From a virus (taxonomy: Duplodnaviria; Heunggongvirae; Uroviricota; Caudoviricetes): DNA of 40,059 nucleotides. Below, piece by piece: positions 31,222-38,173 of this stretch. The translations under genes and the position numbers were made by a program. Numbering within the stretch: the stretch's first letter is position 1; each line of letters begins with the position of its first letter. Below the pieces are notes generated by a model. It worked only from the letters and a program-made list of their open reading frames with translations, was not told where the DNA came from and searched no databases. Where the stretch lies: positions 1-40,059 of IMG/VR virus record IMGVR_UViG_3300046491_000064. The stretch is one strand, 5' to 3'.

Positions 31222-31516
31222 TGTTGTCAATCGACACTATCAGGAATTTGATGTCTACATTGGACGTGGTAGCAAGTGGGGTAATCCCTACTCCCACAAG
31301 CCGGGAACAAAAGCTTTATACCGAGTTGAAACAGTTGAGCAAGCAATATCCGAATATCGAAATCACCTTTGGCGACTCATCCGTCAAGGGGAGATTACAA
31401 TCGATGAGCTTAGATCACTTAACGGTAAACGTCTCGGATGCTATTGCAAACCCCGCCCCTGTCACGGTGAAGTTATTAAAGCAGCGGTCGAGTGGGCAAT
31501 GTCACTACCTCATTGA
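31214..31516 (+). CDS. DUF4326-family protein
   Basis: DVYIGRGSKWGNPY ... L.GKRLGCYCKP..CHGEV. Confidence 0.88.
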   Translation: MCDVVNRHYQEFDVYIGRGSKWGNPYSHKPGTKALYRVETVEQAISEYRNHLWRLIRQGEITIDELRSLNGKRLGCYCKPRPCHGEVIKAAVEWAMSLPH

Positions 31517-31521
31517 CCGTA

Positions 31522-31550
31522 TTGACATATTGTGAATCCTGATGTAGAGT
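31522..31550 (+). promoter_or_regulatory. promoter TTGACA-17-TAGAGT
   Basis: Consensus -35, intergenic. Confidence 0.65.
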
Positions 31551-31594
31551 GATTGGATAAACAATCCGATTAACTAACGAAAGGAACAAACATT

Positions 31595-31768
31595 GTGGAT
31601 ATCAAAGAATACAATAGCATCGTGGAGGCGCTGTATGAATTAGAGGTTGAGCTTGATAAAAAGAATGACAAGCCGGAACAGATCGAACCTGACTTCAGAT
31701 TCGAATACGCATTTGAATCGCTGACTGAGAATTCAAGTCTTTACAAGCGGAGGGTATCACATGCTTAA
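31595..31768 (+). CDS. small hypothetical protein (GTG start, 57 aa)
   Basis: AAGGA SD and own promoter. Confidence 0.55.
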   Translation: MDIKEYNSIVEALYELEVELDKKNDKPEQIEPDFRFEYAFESLTENSSLYKRRVSHA

Positions 31769-31830
31769 AGAAATTGATTTGGGATTCATGGAAGAGTATG
31801 ATGGTCTCTGAAGAAGATTGGATATAGGTA

Positions 31831-31859
31831 TTGACAACATGAGAGGGTTCATGTATAAT
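31831..31859 (+). promoter_or_regulatory. perfect sigma70 promoter TTGACA-17-TATAAT for the tRNA cluster
   Basis: Exact consensus; CATGA/TCATG inverted repeat in spacer. Confidence 0.9.
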
Positions 31860-31883
31860 TGGCAACATGTTAAAGAATAAAGA

Positions 31884-31999
31884 GGCAACTCTTACTATGA
31901 CGTGTTGGTACGCGGCCCTCTCCTTCCGTGGAATCAGACGATTAGTAAGATTGCCGTTGCACTGTGTGATTAGTGAACATTGGCCTTCCTCAGTGTAAC
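31884..31999 (+). ncRNA. candidate two-hairpin ncRNA at the 5' end of the tRNA transcript
   Basis: GGCAA-C-TCTTACT/AGTAAGA-TTGCC and GTTGCACTG/CAGTGTAAC stems with G-U pairs; no ORF. Confidence 0.55.
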
Positions 32000-32009
32000 G
32001 TCAAATTAT

Positions 32010-32087
32010 ATCTCGTGGTTGTTATGGCAAATGCATGTGGGTCTCCAAAACCTTACGGACGTGGTTCGATTCCACGGCGGGATGCCA
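32010..32087 (+). tRNA. trnW: tRNA-Trp(CCA), weak D and anticodon stems
   Basis: GGTCTCCAAAACC loop, CGTGG-TTCGATT-CCACG T arm, G73, encoded CCA. Confidence 0.7.
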
Positions 32088-32128
32088 AATTCCAGACGCT
32101 GACTGGTTTAACAACAGTGGCCTATTCA

Positions 32129-32205
32129 GTTCTTATAGCTCAATTGGACAGAGCACCAGCCTTCTAAGTTGGTGGTTGCTGGTTCGAGTCCAGCTAGGAA
32201 CACCA
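32129..32205 (+). tRNA. trnR: tRNA-Arg(TCT)
   Basis: Full cloverleaf, loop CT-TCT-AA, CCA. Confidence 0.93.
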
Positions 32206-32213
32206 AACAAAAT

Positions 32214-32289
32214 ACCCGTGTAACTCAGTTGGTAGAGTAGCTGGCTGTTAACCAGTTTGTCGGAGGTTCGAGTCCTCCCGTGGGTGCCA
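32214..32289 (+). tRNA. trnN: tRNA-Asn(GTT)
   Basis: Full cloverleaf, G73, CCA. Confidence 0.93.
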
Positions 32290-32319
32290 ATTTAATAGTG
32301 AGAGAAAGGAGCAAGAAAG

Positions 32320-32454
32320 ATGTCTAAGTTTTATGATGCAACTAAGGAACACAAACCATTTGATCGTACTGCACAAGGTGCTGCTGTTAAAGGTCGTCAC
32401 CCTAACAAGAACGTTCGTGGTAAGAATCCTTACTCTGGTAAGGTTGTTTCCTAA
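32320..32454 (+). CDS. small basic protein inside the tRNA cluster (MSKFYDAT..., 44 aa; not in ORF track)
   Basis: AAAGGAG SD; codon choice like the highly expressed structural genes. Confidence 0.65.
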   Translation: MSKFYDATKEHKPFDRTAQGAAVKGRHPNKNVRGKNPYSGKVVS

Positions 32455-32461
32455 ATAATAT

Positions 32462-32536
32462 AGTTCTGTAGTATAGTGGTTATTACGCTGGCTTGTCACG
32501 CCAGTAACGAGGGTTCAATTCCCTTCAGGACTGCCA
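32462..32536 (+). tRNA. trnD: tRNA-Asp(GTC)
   Basis: CTGGC-TTGTCAC-GCCAG arm, G73, CCA. Confidence 0.92.
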
Positions 32537-32575
32537 AATGATGTCTGTCCCGGACGTTAAACGGGTAAGAATTAA

Positions 32576-32661
32576 GGATGTAGTAGAGATACCGGGTAAG
32601 TATCAGGGCGCTGTAAACGCTCCGCCTTTGGCTAGTGGTTCGATTCCATCTACATCCACCA
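32576..32661 (+). tRNA. trnY: tRNA-Tyr(GTA)
   Basis: CTGTAAA loop, long variable arm, GGATGTA/TACATCC acceptor, CCA. Confidence 0.88.
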
Positions 32662-32773
32662 ATTATAGGATGGTAGTGAAGTGATGTTGCTAGGAATACT
32701 GCACTTTATAGTTCTACCTCTTTTGATAGGTATCACAATAGCTATATCCTCAAGAGATTAATATTACAATTAT

Positions 32774-32851
32774 CTAAGCGTAGCGAAAGTCAGGTTATCG
32801 TCCCGGTTTGGAACTGGGTACACGCAGGTTCGAATCCTGCCGCTTAGACCA
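32774..32851 (+). tRNA. trnP: tRNA-Pro(TGG)
   Basis: C1-G72, loop TT-TGG-AA, CCA. Confidence 0.9.
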
Positions 32852-32985
32852 ATTTTACTGAAAAGGTGTGTTGCCTCTGTATGAGATACATATCGTACCA
32901 GCCACGACACACTGAAATGAGAAGAGTAGGTTCATTAGTGGAACAAGGGCTTGACCTGAACTGGCAGTAAACGCGATTTAAAATT

Positions 32986-33061
32986 GCCCTCATAGCTCAG
33001 TTGGTAGAGCGCTTGCCTTGTAAGCAAGATGTCGCGGGTTCGATTCCTGCTGATGGCACCA
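32986..33061 (+). tRNA. trnT: tRNA-Thr(TGT)
   Basis: Cloverleaf with one acceptor mismatch (C4:U69), CCA. Confidence 0.92.
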
Positions 33062-33064
33062 AAT

Positions 33065-33177
33065 TCAGGTAGAAATGGAGTGTCATTTGCCTCAACCTGA
33101 CCTATGGTCGAAGTAGGAAACCCCCACGGTGTGACTAGCGTGGACTGGGGTAGAACAGGATAAACGTACAGCCTGTT
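33065..33177 (+). ncRNA. candidate four-hairpin ncRNA between tRNA-Thr and tRNA-Arg
   Basis: TCAGGT/ACCTGA, CCTAT/GTAGG, CCACG/CGTGG and AACAGG/CCTGTT consecutive stems. Confidence 0.45.
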
Positions 33178-33195
33178 ACTAGAATCCAAATTAAT

Positions 33196-33271
33196 ACATG
33201 TGTGGCTCGATTGGATAGGCACTCCCCTACGAAGGGAGTTCAGGCAGGTTCGACCCCTGTCACATGTTCCA
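33196..33271 (+). tRNA. trnR: tRNA-Arg(ACG)
   Basis: ACATGTG/CACATGT acceptor, CTCCC-CTACGAA-GGGAG arm, CCA; U73. Confidence 0.85.
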
Positions 33272-33329
33272 ACGCTGACTGTAACCTTTTTAGGTTACTT
33301 TCTCAAATGTAACGTATTTAGGTTACATG

Positions 33330-33404
33330 TCCTTCTTGCCTGAGCGGCTAGGGTGCTGATTGCAAACCAGTAATAGATCGGTTCAACTCCGATAGAAGGC
33401 TCCA
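33330..33404 (+). tRNA. trnC: tRNA-Cys(GCA)
   Basis: Loop TT-GCA-AA, U73, CCA; mismatches at 1:72 and 31:39. Confidence 0.8.
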
Positions 33405-33409
33405 AACAT

Positions 33410-33485
33410 TGGACGTTAGCTAAATGGTTAAAGCATCGGCCTTTTAAGCCGACTACTCTGAGTTCGAATCTCAGGCGTCCGACCA
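33410..33485 (+). tRNA. trnK: tRNA-Lys(TTT)
   Basis: TCGGC-CTTTTAA-GCCGA arm, CCA. Confidence 0.92.
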
Positions 33486-33491
33486 AACAAT

Positions 33492-33565
33492 GCGTGTGTA
33501 GTGTAACGGCAACACCTCTGGCTTCCAACCAGATATTGCAGGTTCGAAACCTGTCACCCGCACCA
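33492..33565 (+). tRNA. trnG: tRNA-Gly(TCC)
   Basis: TCTGG-CTTCCAA-CCAGA arm, CCA; A73. Confidence 0.88.
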
Positions 33566-33570
33566 AATAT

Positions 33571-33657
33571 AGCAGATTGGCAGAGCGGATAATGCAGCTG
33601 TCTTGAAAACAGCCGGACCCTCGGGTTCCATCCGTTCAAATCGGATATCTGCTACCA
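33571..33657 (+). tRNA. trnS: tRNA-Ser(TGA)
   Basis: GCTGT-CTTGAAA-ACAGC arm, long variable arm, CCA. Confidence 0.9.
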
Positions 33658-33700
33658 GACAATTACCCGACAAGGAATTGTAGCCGAAAGGCAATAAAGA

Positions 33701-33727
33701 GACCCGCCTAGTGCGGGTTTTTTGTTT
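33701..33727 (+). terminator. intrinsic terminator of the tRNA cluster (identical to terminator 301)
   Basis: ACCCGC-CTAGT-GCGGGT followed by a T tract. Confidence 0.88.
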
Positions 33728-33759
33728 TCTGTAAACTACTTGATAGAAGGAAATGAAAC

Positions 33760-34044
33760 ATGGCAATTGCAAATCGTGATGAACTCATTGAAGTATTGGC
33801 AACCAATGGCGTGATGGGTGCTGCCCGTAATGGTGACCTAGATGCATTGTTTGCTGCACCTTCAACCATTATTCCAGCTGCAACAACTACAGTAGTTGGT
33901 GGTGTAAGGAAAGCTACGGCTGTTGCTGACCTTGCTGCTCAGACAGTGACAGATATCGCTGGTGCTCAAACAGCTGTTAATGCAATCGTTACTAAGCTCA
34001 ATGCTTTGCTGGCTGCACAACGTGTTGCTGGTCAACTAACTTAA
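33760..34044 (+). CDS. head fiber / capsid decoration-like protein
   Basis: IPAATTTVVGGVRKA..VADL...D...AVN...KLNALL motif. Confidence 0.7.
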   Translation: MAIANRDELIEVLATNGVMGAARNGDLDALFAAPSTIIPAATTTVVGGVRKATAVADLAAQTVTDIAGAQTAVNAIVTKLNALLAAQRVAGQLT

Positions 34045-34051
34045 ACTAAAT

Positions 34052-34077
34052 GCCCCGCTTTGTCGGGGCTTTCTTTT
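34052..34077 (+). terminator. intrinsic terminator GCCCCG-CTTTGT-CGGGGC + TTTCTTTT
   Basis: Directly after the head fiber stop. Confidence 0.85.
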
Positions 34078-34086
34078 GTCTACGTA

Positions 34087-34116
34087 TTGACAAAAGTTAC
34101 ATTACTACTATAGAAT
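34087..34116 (+). promoter_or_regulatory. promoter TTGACA-18-TAGAAT
   Basis: Upstream of the TerS candidate. Confidence 0.6.
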
Positions 34117-34148
34117 CAGTTCTATGTCAACATTATTGGAGCAATAAT

Positions 34149-34598
34149 ATGGAAGATTTTGAAGAGATTGAAGAAAGTGTTGACGAAAGCCCACTTCATT
34201 CAACTAGATTTCAACCGGGACAATCAGGTAATCCAGCTGGACGCCCTAAAGGTTCTGGTAAAGCAAAGAGTCGTATGCGTACTACGTTAAAGAAGCTTTA
34301 TGATATTGAAGGTGATGCTGTTGAGCTACTTCGTCAAAGTATGACAGGTAAGGATAAGAACGGTAATCCTGTTTCTGCACCGCCTAAAGATAAAGTGGAT
34401 ATGGCTAAGTTCGTCGTAAAGGCGATTGAGAGCTACAACAACACATGTCTACGTGAAGAGATGGCTATCATCGGAATCCGGGACAAAGGTAATGAGAGTG
34501 GGGCTGATGAGCTTGCACGTAATCAATCAACTGAACCTGCGAATGCCTCTGGCACATTCAGCATGGATTTGGAAACTAACGAGGGAGACAACAAATGA
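34149..34598 (+). CDS. putative terminase small subunit
   Basis: RFQPGQSGNPAGRPKGS motif, two genes upstream of TerL; GGAG SD at ATG 34149. Confidence 0.7.
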   Translation: MEDFEEIEESVDESPLHSTRFQPGQSGNPAGRPKGSGKAKSRMRTTLKKLYDIEGDAVELLRQSMTGKDKNGNPVSAPPKDKVDMAKFVVKAIESYNNTCLREEMAIIGIRDKGNESGADELARNQSTEPANASGTFSMDLETNEGDNK

Positions 34599-35041
34599 GT
34601 AATAAGTATCACCTGCACGTAACTGGTAAAGACAGTCTTGGTCTGAACTTTATCGAGAACCTGATTGAAATGGCAAACTTGGGTGCAACGCTCAAGGAAG
34701 GTACGATTCCTAATATGCGATTCCCGCACAGTGTATCTCTGGTCCTTGAGGCAGAGCAACCGCCTGTACCAAATGCATGTATCCGCGTATTCGAATACGA
34801 TAGCTGTAAGGAAGTGTTCGCTGCATTTGTAGAACCTGTAGCCTCTGGCTTCTCGCTGGACACCGATACTCCAGTAGTTGATACAAGCACTAACGCTGGT
34901 GTTCCTTGGACTAAGGATCAGCTGGAAGCAATGGAGTGGGAAACAGAGTTTAAGAAGGTAATGACTGACGCCGGAATCGGTGGTCGTAAACGCGATACTA
35001 TGACAAATGCTTATCTTGCAAAATTTAAGCAAGTTGAATAA
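34595..35041 (+). CDS. conserved hypothetical protein (148 aa)
   Basis: GAGGGAG SD, ATGA overlap. Confidence 0.8.
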   Translation: MSNKYHLHVTGKDSLGLNFIENLIEMANLGATLKEGTIPNMRFPHSVSLVLEAEQPPVPNACIRVFEYDSCKEVFAAFVEPVASGFSLDTDTPVVDTSTNAGVPWTKDQLEAMEWETEFKKVMTDAGIGGRKRDTMTNAYLAKFKQVE

Positions 35042-35049
35042 GTAAGGTA

Positions 35050-35078
35050 TTGACAATTCAGTTTAATTACTATATTAT
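35050..35078 (+). promoter_or_regulatory. promoter TTGACA-17-TATTAT for terminase and head genes
   Basis: Near consensus. Confidence 0.75.
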
Positions 35079-35125
35079 GGACACTTATACGGGGATGAGA
35101 AATCATCTCCACTGGGAGGTTAACA

Positions 35126-36637
35126 ATGTCAGACATTGTACGCCCTCAATCTCCTTTTCAAGAAAAATATCTCAAGAGTAATGCAAAGATTCTAATCGTT
35201 GGTGGTGCAGCCGGTAGTTCAAAAAGCTACGTTGGTTTGATGCGACATCTGCGATGGGTTCACGATCCTAACTATCGTGGTTTCTGCATTCGTAAAAACT
35301 CTACTGCAATTATGAAGCCGGGTGGTTTGTTTGAACAAGCCTTCCGACTTTACTCAAAGGTATTTCCCGGTAAGATTGAGCGAAAGTTAAAAGATCAAAA
35401 GTTGGTGTTCCCAAGTGGAGCATCAGTAAGCTTCTCACATTACGAAAACGATTCTGCTGAAAACCTTTACCAAGGTTTGGAATTGTCATCTGTATTTTAC
35501 GACGAAGGTACACACGCTGCTGAACATCATCTCTGGTGGTTGTTCTCACGTCTACGTACTGAGGCTGATATGGGTGATGCAGAGCCATGTATGTGGGTAA
35601 GTTGCAACCCTGACCCCGATAGTTTCTTATTTGAATGGGTGAGTTGGTGGTTGTATCCAGAAGGTCATCCGCAACATGGTTTGCCTGACCCTGAAAAGAA
35701 TGGTGTAACACGTTATCTACTTCGTTATGGTGGTGAAATCGTTTGGGGTGACTCATACGACGAAATGCTCCAGAAGTATAAACGACACGATTTACCGGAT
35801 GATGATGAGAATCAACCAATGCCTATTTCCTTTCAGGTATTGCTTGGGACCATCTATGACAATCCAACTCTGATGAAAACAAACCCCGGCTATAAAGCAT
35901 CGCTTGAGGCTCTGCCTGATGTTGAGCGTCGTCGTTTGTTGCTTGGTGACTGGACCGCTCGTGAAGAGGGTAGTACATACTATCAACGATCATGGTGTGA
36001 GGAAGTTGCTGAAGAGCCACCTAAGAGTGAGATTGTTCGAACTGTAAGAGCCTATGACTTCGCTGGTACATTGAAGTCTGAAGGTAACCCAAGTCCTGAC
36101 TATACAGCATGTGTGAAAATGAGCAAGCTAAAGAATGGAGACTATTTCATTCATGAGGTGAGACGTACACGTATCCTGTTCGGTGATTGGGAAAAGTTCA
36201 TCATCAAAAATGGAGAACAAGACGGAAAAGATTGTGAGATTATCATCCCACTCGATCCCGGTGCATCTGCAAAGCTTGCCACTGGATTGATTACTAGAGC
36301 ATTGAGCGAGAAAGGGTATCGTGTAAAAACGATGAAAGCAACCCAATCAAAGCTTGATCGATTTAGACCCTTCTCTTCACTTGCAATGAACGGGCATGTA
36401 AAGATTCTCAAAGGTTGTGGTTTTGACGAAGAGAATAACATTCAAGCCAATAACAACTTCATGCATAAAGAGCTTGAGGCGTTTAATGGTAAGAGACGTG
36501 GTGGTGAATCCGGGCATGATGACATCTGTGACTGTATCAGTGACGGTGTATCGATTCTTGCTCAACGTCGCAACATTCCAAACATGGGATCGATCCTAGC
36601 ATCGGTTAAATTAGATTATATCACACCCTTTGGATAA
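35126..36637 (+). CDS. terL: terminase large subunit
   Basis: GGAAGSSKS Walker A, FYDEG Walker B, SCNP motif, RAYD, HDDICD nuclease end. Confidence 0.95.
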   Translation: MSDIVRPQSPFQEKYLKSNAKILIVGGAAGSSKSYVGLMRHLRWVHDPNYRGFCIRKNSTAIMKPGGLFEQAFRLYSKVFPGKIERKLKDQKLVFPSGASVSFSHYENDSAENLYQGLELSSVFYDEGTHAAEHHLWWLFSRLRTEADMGDAEPCMWVSCNPDPDSFLFEWVSWWLYPEGHPQHGLPDPEKNGVTRYLLRYGGEIVWGDSYDEMLQKYKRHDLPDDDENQPMPISFQVLLGTIYDNPTLMKTNPGYKASLEALPDVERRRLLLGDWTAREEGSTYYQRSWCEEVAEEPPKSEIVRTVRAYDFAGTLKSEGNPSPDYTACVKMSKLKNGDYFIHEVRRTRILFGDWEKFIIKNGEQDGKDCEIIIPLDPGASAKLATGLITRALSEKGYRVKTMKATQSKLDRFRPFSSLAMNGHVKILKGCGFDEENNIQANNNFMHKELEAFNGKRRGGESGHDDICDCISDGVSILAQRRNIPNMGSILASVKLDYITPFG

Positions 36638-36646
36638 GGAGTCAAC

Positions 36647-38173
36647 ATGGCTGATGAAGCTGATAACACAAGCTCCTTGGAGAAAGGGGACAACAAAGCT
36701 CCTGCGATTGTCTATGGTGAGACTGGTTATTCTGGTCTCATTACACTAGGTGGTCAAGTATGGGATGAGTGTCAGCACGAGATTCGCTGGCCCCATGCAT
36801 TCAAAACATTTAAGAAGATGGCTTTGGATGGCACTGTATCCCCTGCATTGGAGTTTGTTGAAGGCAAGGTAGCAGAAGCTACTTGGTCTGTCAAGATTCC
36901 TAAAGGTGTACCAAAGAGTGCAGAAGCACAGTTGAAGGCACAGCAACAATACCTTACTGAAGTGATGCACGATATGCGTCATAGCTGGACAGCTGGTATT
37001 AAGAATGCTATTTCGTTCAACCGTTATGGTTTCAGCGTTTTGGAGATGGTACTTCGTTTCAGAAACAAGAAGTATGGCAGCAAGTATGATGACGGATATG
37101 TCGGGCTTGAAGCTCTGGCACCACGAAGTCAAGGTACTGTTGTTGAATGGCTTTGGGATGCAAATGGTCGTGAGCTTAAAGGTTTCAATCAGCGAATCAT
37201 CAAACCCGGTAACAGCGGCAACGTAATCCTGAATGATGGATGGGAAGTCGCACGGACGATCACTGATACAAGTCAGACGGGTGTTAAGTTTATCCCGATG
37301 AAGAAATGCTTGCACTTCCGACACAACGCTCAAAACGATAGCCCATCTGGTACATCGCCACTTGTTGCTGCATGGCAACCTTGGAAGCTGAAAGAAGCTT
37401 ATCAAGAATCAGAAATGATTGGTGTAGCACAAGATAACAACGCATTTAAAATTCTGTACCTTCCTCCTGAGTATCTGACAGAAGATCGTGACGCTGACCG
37501 CGAAGCATCATTTAATATGTATGCCCGCATGATGGAACGAGCACACCAAGCTAAACAGAGTGGTTTCATTCTGCCAATGTTGGTTGACGAAGCTGGTCAA
37601 AGAATGTTTGACTTTGAGATTAAGAACATCTCTGGTCAGAAGTCCTATGACGTAAACGCCATTATCGCTCGTTATGTAAGAGAGATTCAAGTAGCACTCT
37701 TTGCAGACGTTCTTTCTCTTGGTGGTGGTTCTGGTGGTAGTTACTCTCTTTCTGAATCTAAGGTTGGTATTATCAACCTAGCGGTTAATAGTCGCTTGAC
37801 TGAAATCAAAGATCAGCTGAATCACAAACTGATTCCTACGCTGTTCGGACAAAATGGTTGGGACACTGCTCTCACTCCTTACTTTGATTTTGAATTGCCT
37901 AACTCTGAGACGCTGGAAAACATTGGTAGCTACCTGCAAAAGACAGCTGCTACTGGTTTGATTCCTCTTGTTCCTGAGGTTGTTAACTTCGTACTTGAAC
38001 GTGCTGGTATTGACTATCGAGTTCCTGATGATATGCCTACCGAAGAACTGAGAAAGCTTATGACTAACTTCACTTCTGAATCTGGTGGTGGACTAGAGTC
38101 TGGTTTACCGGGAAGCAACGGAAAGGGTACAGGAGCTAACGGTGATCCTAACACAGCAAACAAAGGGAGTTAA
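36647..38173 (+). CDS. portal protein (DUF935-like)
   Basis: Follows TerL, 508 aa, YGFSVLEMV and GTSPL motifs, GS.SLSE before KVG. Confidence 0.88.
   Translation: MADEADNTSSLEKGDNKAPAIVYGETGYSGLITLGGQVWDECQHEIRWPHAFKTFKKMALDGTVSPALEFVEGKVAEATWSVKIPKGVPKSAEAQLKAQQQYLTEVMHDMRHSWTAGIKNAISFNRYGFSVLEMVLRFRNKKYGSKYDDGYVGLEALAPRSQGTVVEWLWDANGRELKGFNQRIIKPGNSGNVILNDGWEVARTITDTSQTGVKFIPMKKCLHFRHNAQNDSPSGTSPLVAAWQPWKLKEAYQESEMIGVAQDNNAFKILYLPPEYLTEDRDADREASFNMYARMMERAHQAKQSGFILPMLVDEAGQRMFDFEIKNISGQKSYDVNAIIARYVREIQVALFADVLSLGGGSGGSYSLSESKVGIINLAVNSRLTEIKDQLNHKLIPTLFGQNGWDTALTPYFDFELPNSETLENIGSYLQKTAATGLIPLVPEVVNFVLERAGIDYRVPDDMPTEELRKLMTNFTSESGGGLESGLPGSNGKGTGANGDPNTANKGS

Noticed and set aside
32865-32925. 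Hammerhead ribozyme (CTGTATGA ... GAAA)
   Set aside because: Core is not CUGANGA and I could not build stems I-III around a GAAA/NUH junction.
31973-33772. ORF-track entries overlapping tRNAs (31973-32167, 32035-32223, 32248-32499, 32935-33222, 33295-33639, 33554-33772)
   Set aside because: They overlap complete tRNA cloverleaves and have no SD support.
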